Assembly (NCBI GenBank): GCA_963737265.1 | Contig: CAVTRY010000022.1 | Location: forward strand, 160,001 to 224,000 | Reading direction: 5' to 3' | Origin: an uncultured delta proteobacterium | GTDB taxonomy: Bacteria > Myxococcota_A > Polyangia > Fen-1088 | DNA: 64,000 bases | Shown here: piece by piece, positions 31,094 to 41,466 of the stretch | Numbering within the stretch: the stretch's first letter is position 1 | How the letters are laid out: the number at the start of each line of letters is the position of its first letter | Notes under the pieces: generated by a model | What the model was told of the DNA's origin: nothing | The model's database searches: none | The model's input: the letters and a program-made list of their open reading frames with translations, nothing else | Program-made: the position numbers and the translations under genes

Positions 31094-32392
31094 GTGGCCT
31101 TCGTGGCTGACCTGCACGTCCATTCCTATCTCTCGCGCGCGACCAGCCGCGCGCTCGACCTGGAACACCTGCACGCCTGGGCGCAGCGCAAGGGCCTTGG
31201 GGTCGTCGCCACCGGCGACTTCGCCCATCCGCGCTGGTTCGCCGAGCTGCGCGACAAGCTGGTGCCGGCCGGCGGCGGGCTTTTCCGCCTGCGCGACGAC
31301 CTCGCCGCCGCCGTCGACGAAGGCGTGCCAGCCGCGTGTCGCCGTGCCGTTCGCTTCCTGCTGTCGGTGGAGATCAGCAGCATCTACAAGCGCGCCAATC
31401 GCGTGCGCAAGGTGCACAACCTGGTCTACGCGCCCGACTTCGAGGCCGCTGCGCGCATCGCCGCGCGCCTGGCCCGTATCGGCAATATCGAATCCGACGG
31501 CCGCCCCATCTTGGGGCTCGATTCGCGCGACTTGCTCGAAATCACGCTCGAGTCGTCGCCCGACGCCTTCCTGGTTCCGGCGCATGTGTGGACACCGTGG
31601 TTTTCCGCTCTGGGCGAGAAGTCGGGCTTCGACTCGCTCGACGAATGTTTCGGCGATCTGACCCAGCACATCTTCGCCGCCGAAACCGGGCTGTCGTCCG
31701 ACCCGGCCATGAACTGGCGACTGTCGTCGCTCGACCGCGTGACCCTGGTGTCGAGCTCGGACGCGCACTCGCCGGAAAAGCTCGGCCGAGAGGCCAGCCG
31801 CTTCGCGTGCGAGCTGTCCTACTTCGCCATGCGCGACGCGCTTCGCAATCGAAGCGCCGGCTTTCTTGGCACAGTGGAATTTTTTCCCGAGGAAGGTAAG
31901 TACCACCACGAAGGCCACCGCCATTGCTGCGTGAACCTGGCGCCCGCCGAAGCCGCGGCCCTGGGTCATCTGTGTCCGCGCTGTGGCAAACCGCTCACCG
32001 GTGGTGTGGCCAGCCGGGTGGCCGCGCTGGCGGATCGCCCCGAGGGTTTTCGGCCCGCGCATGCCAAGCCGTTCACGCACCTCGTACCCCTGGTGGAAGT
32101 ATTGGGCGAAATCCTTGGCGTGGGATCGTCGTCGGGACGCGTGCGCAGAAGCTACGAGAAGCTGCTGGCGCGCGCGGGGAACGAGATGTCGGTACTGGTG
32201 GACTTGCCCGCCGAGGACGCGGATCGGGAGGGGCCGCCGCTTTTGGGCGAGGCCCTGCGCCGCGTGCGCGCGGGCGAGGTAAAGCGCGTCGCCGGATTCG
32301 ACGGCGAGTACGGCGTGGTGAGGGTGTTCGACGAACGAGAAGTACCAAGACACCCAAACGGCGACGTGGAGACTTTCGCCAAGGGCTGCTAG
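31094..32392 (+). CDS. endonuclease Q family (PHP-domain) protein, stand-alone
   Basis: [59 protein letters not shown]. Confidence 0.88.
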   Translation: MAFVADLHVHSYLSRATSRALDLEHLHAWAQRKGLGVVATGDFAHPRWFAELRDKLVPAGGGLFRLRDDLAAAVDEGVPAACRRAVRFLLSVEISSIYKRANRVRKVHNLVYAPDFEAAARIAARLARIGNIESDGRPILGLDSRDLLEITLESSPDAFLVPAHVWTPWFSALGEKSGFDSLDECFGDLTQHIFAAETGLSSDPAMNWRLSSLDRVTLVSSSDAHSPEKLGREASRFACELSYFAMRDALRNRSAGFLGTVEFFPEEGKYHHEGHRHCCVNLAPAEAAALGHLCPRCGKPLTGGVASRVAALADRPEGFRPAHAKPFTHLVPLVEVLGEILGVGSSSGRVRRSYEKLLARAGNEMSVLVDLPAEDADREGPPLLGEALRRVRAGEVKRVAGFDGEYGVVRVFDEREVPRHPNGDVETFAKGC

Positions 32393-34832
32393 CTGGCCGG
32401 CTTAGCGAACGGCCAGGTCCAATCGGACTCGCTCGGCCGGTCGATGCCCTGTGCGTGAGCGTGGGCGCGGCACTCGAGCTGAATGTTGCGGAAGCGCTCG
32501 CGGGCGTGGGCGCCGATGGCGCGCAAGCGCGGCACGCGGTCGATGACGTCGATGGCCAGACTGAACCTATCGACTTCGTTCTGGATCGCGAGCTCCAGCG
32601 GCGTGTTGATGTTGCCCTTCTCTTTGTAGCCGCGGACGTGGAGGTTCTTATGGTTGGTGCGGCGGTAGGCCAGGCGGTGAATCAGCCAGGGATAGCCGTG
32701 AAAAGCGAAGATGATCGGCCGGTCCTCGGTGAACAGACTGTCGAAATCGCGGTTGGAGAGGCCGTGCGGGTGTTCGCTGTCGGGCTGCAGGCGGAAAAGA
32801 TCCACGACATTGACGAAGCGAAGCCTGATGTCCGGAAATTCCTGGCGCAAGAGCGCCGAGGCCGCCAGGGCTTCCTTCGTCGGCACGTCGCCGGCCGAGA
32901 CCATCACCACGTCGGGTTCGTGTCCGCCGTCCGTGCTTGCCCATTCCCAAATGCCGATGCCCTTGGTGCAGTGGCGGATGGCGGATTCCATGTCGAGGTA
33001 TTGCAGGTGCTTCTGCTTGTCGGCCACGATGACGTTGATGTAATTGCGGCTGCGCAGGCAGTGATCGGCCACCGACAGAAGGCAATTGGCGTCTGGGGGA
33101 AGGTAGATGCGCGTGACGGACGCGCTCTTGTTGACCACCAAATCGAGGAAACCGGGGTCTTGGTGGGTAAAGCCGTTGTGATCCTGCCGCCACACCGTGG
33201 AGGTAATGAGCAGGTTCAGCGACGCCAGCTCGGCACGCCAGGGCAAGTGACTGGCGCTCTCCAGCCACTTGGCGTGCTGGTTAAACATGGAATCGATCAC
33301 GTGCACGAAGGCCTCGTAGGTCGAGAAGAAACCATGCCGGCCAGTCAGGAGGTAGCCCTCCAACCAGCCTTCGAGCGTGTGCTCGGACAGCATCTCCATC
33401 ACGCGCCCGTCGGTGGCAAGCTCGGCGCCGTCGCCGTCCTCGGGCAGCGGCTCGGCCATCCAGCACTTCTTGGTCACGGCGTACACGGCGTCGAGCTTGT
33501 TCGAGGTGTTTTCGTCCGGACCGAAGAGGCGGAAGTTGGACGGGTTGGCGGCCATGGTGTCGCGCAGAAACAGACCGAGCGGTCGCGTATTTTCCGCGGT
33601 CGTCTGGCCCTGGAACCACATCGGTCACGGCAAATTCGCAAAAATCCGGCAGGCGCAGATCCTTGCGCAGAAGACCGCCGTTGGCGTGGGGATTGGAACC
33701 TATGCGCCGGCTGCCCTTGGGCGGCAGGTCGCGCAGCTCGGGGGCCAGGCGACCGTCGCGGTCGAACAGCTCGTCGGGTTTGTAGCTCTGCAGCCAGTTT
33801 TCCAGCAGCTTCAAGTTCTCGGGCTTGCTGGTCACGTCGGCGATCGGCACCTGGTGCGCGCGCCACGTGCCCGCGACCTTGTGCCCGTTCACCAGCGCCG
33901 GGCCGGTCCAGCCCTTGGGCGAGCGCAGAACGATCATCGGCCAGCGCGGGCGCACCGCCACGCCCGAGCTGCGCGCCTCCGATTGAATGCGCTGGATGTC
34001 CTCGACCGCGTGGTTCAAGGTCGCCGCCATCGCCTGGTGCATGCTCGCCGGATCGGAGCCTTCGACGAACAGTGGCTGCCAGCCGTAGCCATGCATGAGA
34101 CTGACCAGCTCCTCGCGGGGAATGCGCGCAAGGATGGTCGGGTTGTTGATCTTGTAGCCGTTCAAATTGAGGATGGGCAGCACGGCGCCGTCGCGAATGG
34201 GATTGAGAAACTTGTTGCTGTGCCAGGAGGTGGCCAGCGGTCCCGTTTCGGCCTCGCCGTCGCCGACCACCACCGCAACGATCAGACCGGGGTTGTCGAA
34301 GGCCGCGCCGAACGCATGCGAGATGCTGTAGCCGAGCTCGCCGCCTTCGTGGATCGAGCCCGGCGTTTCGGGCGTGCAGTGACTGCCGATGCCGCCGGGA
34401 AAGGAAAACTGCATGAAGAAGCGCTGCAAGCCGCGCAGGTCTTGGCTGCGATCCGGGTAGACGTCGCTATAGGAGCCTTCGAGGTACACCGGTCCGAGCA
34501 CGCCGGGCGCGCCGTGGCCCGGCCCGGCCAGATAGATGACGTCGAGGTCGTACTCGCGAATGGCGCGGTTGAGGTGGGTGTAGATGAAGCTCGAGCGCCG
34601 GGCTCGACCCCCAATGGCCAAGCAAGCGTTTCTTGATGTGCTCGGGGGCGAGCGGCTCGCGCAACAGCGGATTGTCGCGCAGATAGATCATGCCGGCCGC
34701 GAGGTAGTTGCACGCGCGCCAGAAGCCATCGATGCGCGCCAGTGCCTCCGGCGAAAGGGGCGTTCCACTGATGGTGGACTTCGCCGGTCCGAAGGCGCGC
34801 ATTCCGACCAATTCGTTCTTTTCGTGTGCCAT
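32389..34832 (-). pseudogene. xfp: xylulose-5-P/fructose-6-P phosphoketolase, split by two frameshifts (about 34592 and 33609)
   Basis: Three consecutive frames give KKRLLGHWG / [22 protein letters not shown] / [30 protein letters not shown]. Confidence 0.9.
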
Positions 34833-34923
34833 GGTTTCCTCTGCTGGGTGGTGGCGGCCCGGATAGTAACGTAAGTTAGTCGCCGTGGCGTAGCAGGTTT
34901 GCACACCGTAGACTACCGCCGTT

Positions 34924-35586
34924 ATGAACCGACAATTCCTCCTCATTATTCCGCTCGGCGCGGCTTTTTTCGCCCTCGCCTGCAAACGCGACGAAACGCC
35001 ACCGCCGCTCGCGACACCACCCCAACCGTCATTTGAGGCCCAAGCCAACCAGGCCCAAGCCCAGCGGCAAATGCTGAATCCGGGACTACCGCCCGGGCAT
35101 CCGGCACTGCCGATGGATCCGAAGGACATGCCGAACATTCCGCCTCCTCCCGCGCCCGCCGGGGACGAGGCCATTCAATGGGATCTGCCCAAGGGCTGGA
35201 CCGAGGCGCGTCCCGGCGGCATGCGTTTCGCCACCTTGAAACCGACCGCCACGGGAAAGGTCGATGTCAGCGTGATCATGTTGCCCGGCACCGCGGGCGG
35301 CGAGCTTGGCAACGTCAACCGCTGGCGCGGCCAGATCGGCCTTCCGCCTGTCGACGAGGCCGGGCGCGCGCAAATCCGCAAAGAGGTGAAGTCCAAGGCC
35401 GGCTCCATCTCGCTCTACGATTTTGCCAGCGATGGGCCCGACAAACAGCACATGATCGCCGGCTTGCTCGTCGCCGATGGCAAGAGTTGGTTCGTCAAGA
35501 TGGTTGGCGACAACGGTCCCGTCGAGGCGTCGCGCGCGGATTTCGTGAAGCTGCTGGGCACCCTGCACTTTCCGGCGAGCAAGTAG
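34924..35586 (+). CDS. hypothetical lipoprotein
   Basis: Lipobox ALAC; LPPGHP, WDLPKGW, MRFAT, GGELGNVNRWRGQIGL. Confidence 0.75.
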   Translation: MNRQFLLIIPLGAAFFALACKRDETPPPLATPPQPSFEAQANQAQAQRQMLNPGLPPGHPALPMDPKDMPNIPPPPAPAGDEAIQWDLPKGWTEARPGGMRFATLKPTATGKVDVSVIMLPGTAGGELGNVNRWRGQIGLPPVDEAGRAQIRKEVKSKAGSISLYDFASDGPDKQHMIAGLLVADGKSWFVKMVGDNGPVEASRADFVKLLGTLHFPASK

Positions 35587-35589
35587 CCC

Positions 35590-35973
35590 GTGGACCCGAA
35601 GGTTCTAGAACAACAGCGTGTTCTCGCGCGCGGGACCGGCATTACCAGCGCGCGCCGGCACATCTTCCTGTGCTGCGATCAAACCGTCCCCAAGTGCTGC
35701 GACAAGGTTCGCGGCAACGCCGCTTGGGACTATTTGAAAAGGCGCCTCAGGGAGCTGGGCCTTTCCGATCAAGGCGGCGTGCTGCGCACCAAAGCCAACT
35801 GTCTGCGCATTTGCCAGGGCGGTCCCATCGCCGTGGTCTACCCCGAAGGCGCCTGGTACCACTCCTGCGATCCACCCGTGCTCGAGCGCATCGTGCAAGA
35901 ACACATCATCGGCGGCAAGGTCGTGCAGGAGTTCCTCATCGTGGAGAGGTCGCTGGACGGGCAGGTTGGGTGA
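35590..35973 (+). CDS. thioredoxin-like [2Fe-2S] ferredoxin
   Basis: [34 protein letters not shown]. Confidence 0.9.
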   Translation: MDPKVLEQQRVLARGTGITSARRHIFLCCDQTVPKCCDKVRGNAAWDYLKRRLRELGLSDQGGVLRTKANCLRICQGGPIAVVYPEGAWYHSCDPPVLERIVQEHIIGGKVVQEFLIVERSLDGQVG

Positions 35974-36125
35974 AGCAGTAGCCACGGAGAACGATCTCGG
36001 CGAAGGAAATGCGACACCGCTGTAGCGGACCTGTCGCTTCACGCGTTGAAAACGCACCGGAATTCAGGGTGGCTCATCGCTTGCGAACGAACTGCAGACG
36101 AACTGTGCGCTTATTGCCTAACCTT

Positions 36126-36638
36126 CCAGCTTTTCAGGGGACGAACTTCACGGCCGTTTCGCTGCCCTACGCCGACATCCGCCTATCGATGTTGGTGGTA
36201 GTGCCGGACGCCGGCCAGTTCGGCCAGGTCGAAGGGTCGATGAACGCGCCTGCCCTGCAGACGCTCGTGGCCGTGCTGAACGCCAAGACTGTCGCCGTCG
36301 GCTTGCCTCGCTTCAGGATTGAGACAGCGACAAGCCTGAAGGATTCGCTTCAGACGCTGGGCATGACATCGGCCTTCGTTTCCGGCAGCGCCGACTTCTC
36401 GGGCATGGACGGCACGCGCGACCTCTTCATCTCTACTGTCGTTCACAAGGCCTTCATCGACGTAGCTGAGAACGGCACCGCGGCGGCAGCCGCCACAGGG
36501 GTCGTCTTCAAAGATGCCGGCATGCTCGCGGTGGATCTTTCCGTTTGGGCGGACCGTCCCTTCCTGTATTTCCTGCGTGACGAACCCACGGGCGCCATCG
36601 TCTTCATGGGCCGCGTCCTGGATCCCAGCCAGAACTGA
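36126..36638 (+). pseudogene. serpin C-terminal fragment
   Basis: VSLPY, LPRFRIE, ADFSGM, HKAFIDVAENGTAAAAAT hinge, ADRPFLY, FMGRVLDP. N-terminal half absent. Confidence 0.8.
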
Positions 36639-36784
36639 CCGACCGACCAACGAATTCCTGGAAATGGCGCTGGACAAGGCCTGGGCGGTTGCAAAACCGG
36701 ACACTGGCCGGGCCCTGGACGGGGCGGTGGACGGGTTTTGGCCTGGCCTTGCCGCCAGCGCGCCATTTTCCGTCCAAACGCGGT

Positions 36785-36800
36785 TGGCATTGTTCTCGCT
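36785..36800 (+). promoter_or_regulatory. candidate sigma-54 promoter upstream of comM
   Basis: TGGCATTGTTCTCGCT with GG-N10-GC spacing. Confidence 0.45.
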
Positions 36801-36812
36801 ACAGCGAGACGT

Positions 36813-38319
36813 GTGCTTGCTCATGTGCTCTCCGCGACCGTCGTCGGCATCGAAGCCGCGCCCATCCATGTTGAAGTGGATGTGGCCAACGGGCTTCCCG
36901 GTTGTCACATCGTCGGCCTGCCCGATGCGGGCGTGAAAGAAGGGCGCGTTCGCATTCGTGGCGCGCTTGAAAACAGCGGCTTCAAGTTTCCGTTGCGCCG
37001 AATCACCGTGAACCTGGCGCCGGCGGATCTGCGCAAGGATGGCGCGGCCTTCGACGTTCCCATCGCCGTTGGAATCCTGGCGGCGGCGGGCGCGATTCCT
37101 CCCGAGGTCAACGAGAATTCCCTCTTCGTCGGCGAGTTGGCCCTCGACGGTCGCGTGCGCCCGGTGCGGGGCGTGCTGCCGATGGCGGCGTACGCACGGG
37201 CCCGGGCGATTTCGCGCCTGTTCGTGCCGCGCGAGAATGCGCCCGAGGCTACGGTGGTGGGCGGGCAGTGCTCGGTCTTTCCCATCGGACACTTGGGCGA
37301 GCTCGTGGATGCCCTACAAAGCCAGACCCCGCCGTCCGAGCCGGTGGCACCGACGGCCTTCCTTCCCTCGGCCAGCGCCGATCTGGCGGACATTCGCGGT
37401 CAGGAAGTCGCACGCCGGGCGCTCGAGATCGCGGCTTCTGGCGGCCACAACATCCTGTTCGTGGGCCCGCCTGGATCGGGCAAGACCATGCTGGCGCGCC
37501 GCCTGCCCGGAATTCTGCCCGCGCTGTCCTTCGACGAATCGCTGGAAACCACCATGGTGTATTCCGTCGCCGGGATGCTCGCCGGGCGATCGCTGGTCAC
37601 CGAGCGTCCTTTCCGCGCGCCCCACCACACGGTCAGCGTGGCCGGCCTGGCCGGTGGCGGACCGGCGGTGCGGCCGGGCGAGATCTCGCTGGCCCACAAC
37701 GGCGTGCTTTTTCTCGACGAGCTGCTGGAGTTTGCCCGACCGGTGCTCGAGGCACTTCGGCAGCCGCTCGAAGGAGCGCGAAATCGCGGTCGTGCGCGCT
37801 CGCCGCACCGTGGTTTTCCCGGCGGACTTCATGCTGGTGGCGGCGCTCAATCCCTGCCCGTGTGGACACCTTGGCAATCGTCTGCGCACCTGCACCTGCT
37901 CGCAGCTGGCCATCAGTCGCTACCGGGCCAAGTTGTCGGGTCCCTTGCTCGACCGCATCGACATGCACGTCGAGGTTCCCGCCCTCACCTATCGCGAGCT
38001 GATGGGAAAGGAGGCGGGAGAAGCCACCCCGGCGGTGCGGGCCCGCGTCGAGCAAACGCGGAGCCGGCAGCGCGACCGCGGGCCCCGTTCGAATGCGCGC
38101 CTGTCCACGCCCGACCTGTCACGCGTGGCCGCCCTGGATGGCGACGGACATCGCATCCTCGAACGCGCGGTGGAGCGTCTGGCCCTGTCCGCGCGAGCCA
38201 TCGAACGCGTGCGCCGCCTGGCGCGGACCATCGCGGACATGGAAGGCAGCGCGGACATGCGTGGCCCGCACGTGGCCGAAGCGCTGCAGTACCGGGTCTT
38301 GGATAAGGAGGCTAGTTAG
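36813..38319 (+). pseudogene. comM: YifB/ComM Mg-chelatase-like AAA ATPase, frameshift near 37772
   Basis: [43 protein letters not shown], then frame change to EREIAVVRA...[15 protein letters not shown]. Confidence 0.88.
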
Positions 38320-38790
38320 ATGTTCACCACAGAGTGCACAGAGGGCGCAGAGGACGGAGAGGAAGGGTTGAATCGGATCTCCCACGCGGTGATTGGTGCG
38401 GCGATCGAGGTCCATCGGCAGTTGGGCCCGGGGTTGTTGGAGTCGGCTTACGAGGCCTGTCTCGAGTTTGAGCTGACGGCTCAAGGTCACGGTGTTGACA
38501 AGCAGAAACCCCTTCCCGTCACGTACAAGGGCACTCCCATTGACTGCCTGTATCGGCTCGACTTGGTCGTTGGCGGGCTTGTGGTCGTTGAGATCAAAGC
38601 CGTCGAGAACCTCCTTCCCGTACACCAAGCCAAAATCCTCTCCTACCTCAAGCTCTCCGGCCTTCCCCTGGGCCTACTCATCAACTTTCATGGCGCGACC
38701 TTGAAGGAGGGAGTGCGCCGCTTCCAATCCCTTCAACCCTTTTCCGTGTCCTCTGCGTCCTCTGTGCCCTCTGTGGTGAAAAACAGCTAA
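38320..38790 (+). CDS. GxxExxY protein (PD-(D/E)xK-like)
   Basis: [47 protein letters not shown]. Confidence 0.92.
   Translation: MFTTECTEGAEDGEEGLNRISHAVIGAAIEVHRQLGPGLLESAYEACLEFELTAQGHGVDKQKPLPVTYKGTPIDCLYRLDLVVGGLVVVEIKAVENLLPVHQAKILSYLKLSGLPLGLLINFHGATLKEGVRRFQSLQPFSVSSASSVPSVVKNS
38323..38780. mobile_element. putative GxxExxY element bounded by 33-bp terminal inverted repeats of 9-bp periodic units
   Basis: Left IR 38323-38355 and right IR 38748-38780 are 31/33 identical as reverse complements. Confidence 0.65.
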
Positions 38791-38804
38791 CAAAGGAGAT
38801 GCCC

Positions 38805-39851
38805 ATGTCCACAATCAAAGAAAAGATGAAAGCAGTATCCACGGCCGTCGCGGCCATCGAAAAGCAATTCGGCAAAGGCGCCATCATGTCCTTGGGTGGC
38901 GGAGAAACCGAAGACATCGCCGTGATTCCCACCGGCTCGGTGGGCCTTGACCTCGCCCTGGGCGTGGGCGGACTGCCCCGCGGGCGCGTGGTGGAAATCT
39001 ACGGACCTGAGTCTTCGGGCAAGACCACGCTCACTTTGCACGCCATCGCCCAGGCCCAAAAAGCCGGCGGCATCTGCGCCTTCATCGACGCCGAGCACGC
39101 CCTCGACGTTGCCTATGCGCGTAAGCTCGGAGTGCGCATCGAGGATCTGCTCGTCTCCCAACCCGACAACGGCGAGCAAGCGCTGGAGATCGCCGACAAG
39201 CTGGTCGGCACGGGCGCGGTAGATCTGATCGTCGTCGACTCCGTCGCGGCGCTGGTTCCCAAGGCTGAAATCGAAGGCGAGATGGGCGATGCGCACATGG
39301 GGTTGCAGGCGCGCCTGATGAGTCAGGCCCTGCGCAAGCTCACCGCCGCCACCAGTCGCAACGCAACTTGTGTTGTGTTCATCAACCAGCTTCGCCAGAA
39401 AATCGGCGTGGTGTACGGCAATCCGGAAACCACGACCGGCGGCAACGCGCTAAAGTTCTACGCCAGCGTGCGCCTCGACATCCGCAAGACCGGCACGGTC
39501 AAGAACGGCGAGCAGGTGGTGGGCAACAAAACGCGCGTGAAGGTGGTGAAGAACAAGATGGCGCCGCCTTTCCGCGAGTGCGAATTCGAAATCTTGTACG
39601 GCGCCGGTATCTGTTCGGTCGGCGAAATCGTGGATCTGGCCAGCGAAGCCGGCCTCATCGAAAAGTCCGGCGCCTACTACGCCTGGAACGGCGAGCGCAT
39701 TGCCCAGGGCCGCGACAAGGCCTGCCAGTATTTGTCCGACCATGCGGCCCTGGCGGACGAGCTGCGCGAAAAGCTGATCGCCCTGCGCAAGGCCGAAAAC
39801 GCCCGTCTGGGGGCGCCGGTTGCGGCGGCGAGCGAGAGCGTGGCTGCGTAG
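38805..39851 (+). CDS. recA: recombinase A
   Basis: [62 protein letters not shown]. Confidence 0.98.
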   Translation: MSTIKEKMKAVSTAVAAIEKQFGKGAIMSLGGGETEDIAVIPTGSVGLDLALGVGGLPRGRVVEIYGPESSGKTTLTLHAIAQAQKAGGICAFIDAEHALDVAYARKLGVRIEDLLVSQPDNGEQALEIADKLVGTGAVDLIVVDSVAALVPKAEIEGEMGDAHMGLQARLMSQALRKLTAATSRNATCVVFINQLRQKIGVVYGNPETTTGGNALKFYASVRLDIRKTGTVKNGEQVVGNKTRVKVVKNKMAPPFRECEFEILYGAGICSVGEIVDLASEAGLIEKSGAYYAWNGERIAQGRDKACQYLSDHAALADELREKLIALRKAENARLGAPVAAASESVAA

Positions 39852-39892
39852 ACTCAAAGATGGGACCAGGCGCCGATCTCCTGCGACCAACG

Positions 39893-40079
39893 ACGCGGAG
39901 AGGAAGGGGAGGAAGGAAGGAATCGGATCTATCGAGCGGTGAGTGGTGCGTCGATCGAATGCTCATCACCTTTCGCGGCGCGACCTTGAAAGAGGGTGCA
40001 CGCCGTTTCCGATCCATTCAATCCCTTTGCGCGACCTCGGCATTCTCTGTGCCCTCTGTGGTGAAAAACGGCCAACTAG
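39893..40079 (+). mobile_element. internally deleted, degenerate copy of the GxxExxY element (MITE-like remnant)
   Basis: 39921-39958 matches 38371-38408, and 39962-40069 matches 38677-38784 (about 80% by eye). The central ~270 bp is missing. Confidence 0.75.
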
Positions 40080-40257
40080 AAGAAGCGTGAGCAGGTCCCG
40101 TTTGGCCCGGCGCACTGTCGAGGAGTTACTAGCCCGCGTTCAAGGAGCTCCATTTTTCTGTCACCTCCCACAGCCTGTCGGCATCCGATAGGCGTTCACA
40201 GCAGATTTCGTCTGGACCAAACGGGACCTGGCCAGTCCCATCCACGAGGAGGGCTCC

Positions 40258-41244
40258 ATGTCTGAGTTACGAACGAGCTACATGGGTATTCCGCTAGCCA
40301 ACCCCATCATGGTTGGCTCATCGCCGCTTTCGACACGCGTCGAAAACATCAAGGCCATGGAGGACGCCGGTGCTGGCGCCGTGGTGTTGAAGTCGCTCTT
40401 CGAAGAGCAGGTTCGCATCGACGCGGAAGCCTTCGAACGCGATCTGGCAGAGCACGATGACACCTCAGCGGAAGCAACCTCGATGTTTCCGCACCTGCAA
40501 CACGCTGGGACGCGGACGCACGTTCACTGGGTTTCGGAGGCACGCAAAGCGGTGAAGATTCCCCTCATCGCCAGCATCAATTGCGTGACCAAGGTGCAAT
40601 GGGCGGAATACGCCAAGGCCCTGGAGGGCGTGGGCGTGGATGGCCTGGAGCTGAACCTTTATTCGCCGGCGCACGATGTGAGCACCACTGCGGCCGAGAT
40701 CGAAGGGCGCGAGCTCGACATCTTGAACGAGGTTCGCAACGCCGTTCGCATTCCGATTGGCGTGAAGTTGCACCCGTTCTATACCAACCTCCTGAATGTA
40801 GTTTCCCGCTTTGAAGAAGCAGGCGCCGATGGATTCGTCCTGTTCAACCGTCTGTTCCAGCCTGACATCGACGTGGACGCCGAAGTGAAGAGGGCGCGCT
40901 ACCACGAAACCACTTGGCGCGACTCTCTGCTGCCGTTGCGCTGGATCGCCCTGTTGTCGAACCGGATCCGGGCCGGCATCGCAGCCAGCACCGGCATCAC
41001 CACGGGTCGCGACATGGCCAAGATGCTGTTGGCCGGCGCACGCGCCACGCAAGTGGTCGGCGTGCTTCTGCGCGAAAAGCCGGCCTACATCGGCAAGATG
41101 CTAACCGAGCTGACCGGCTGGATGGATCTGCACAGGTACAAGAACATCGAGGATTTTCGCGGCAAGCTCGCGCGGATCAGTCCAAGCGACACCTGGACAT
41201 TCAGCGCCGGGCAATATGTTCAAGGTCTTGTTGGTCTCGGCTGA
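40258..41244 (+). CDS. dihydroorotate dehydrogenase-like protein
   Basis: LRTSYMGIPLANPI, GAVVLKSLFEEQ, IASIN, LELN, VKLHP, VLFNRLFQPDID, LLAGA. Confidence 0.88.
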   Translation: MSELRTSYMGIPLANPIMVGSSPLSTRVENIKAMEDAGAGAVVLKSLFEEQVRIDAEAFERDLAEHDDTSAEATSMFPHLQHAGTRTHVHWVSEARKAVKIPLIASINCVTKVQWAEYAKALEGVGVDGLELNLYSPAHDVSTTAAEIEGRELDILNEVRNAVRIPIGVKLHPFYTNLLNVVSRFEEAGADGFVLFNRLFQPDIDVDAEVKRARYHETTWRDSLLPLRWIALLSNRIRAGIAASTGITTGRDMAKMLLAGARATQVVGVLLREKPAYIGKMLTELTGWMDLHRYKNIEDFRGKLARISPSDTWTFSAGQYVQGLVGLG

Positions 41245-41311
41245 CGCCGTCCCCTCGGAGTGGGTGGCGACAACCAGAAAGGAGCTGTATCTGTAACTAA
41301 GGTGGAAGTGG

Positions 41312-41439
41312 GGCCCTCCGTACTTGGCATCCGTTTGGTCCACGGAAGAGAGCCTGCCGAGTACGGAGGGCCAATTGTAATCGTGCGGAAGTTGCAGAGA
41401 GCGGGCAGGGGGCGCGCGTTCCTTCGGGATGGCGCGCCC
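41312..41439. other. structured intergenic segment (18-bp stem with inner hairpin, plus a UUCG hairpin); terminator or ncRNA candidate
   Basis: 41312-41329 pairs with 41355-41372; hairpin 41410-41439 has a C(TTCG)G loop. Confidence 0.5.
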
Positions 41440-41466
41440 TTCGTCTATGCGGCGGACTGCGGAAGT

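Noticed and set aside
33600-37790. Programmed ribosomal frameshifting in xfp and comM
   Set aside because: No slippery heptamers. These are normally single-ORF genes, and scattered 1-bp indels point to assembly error.
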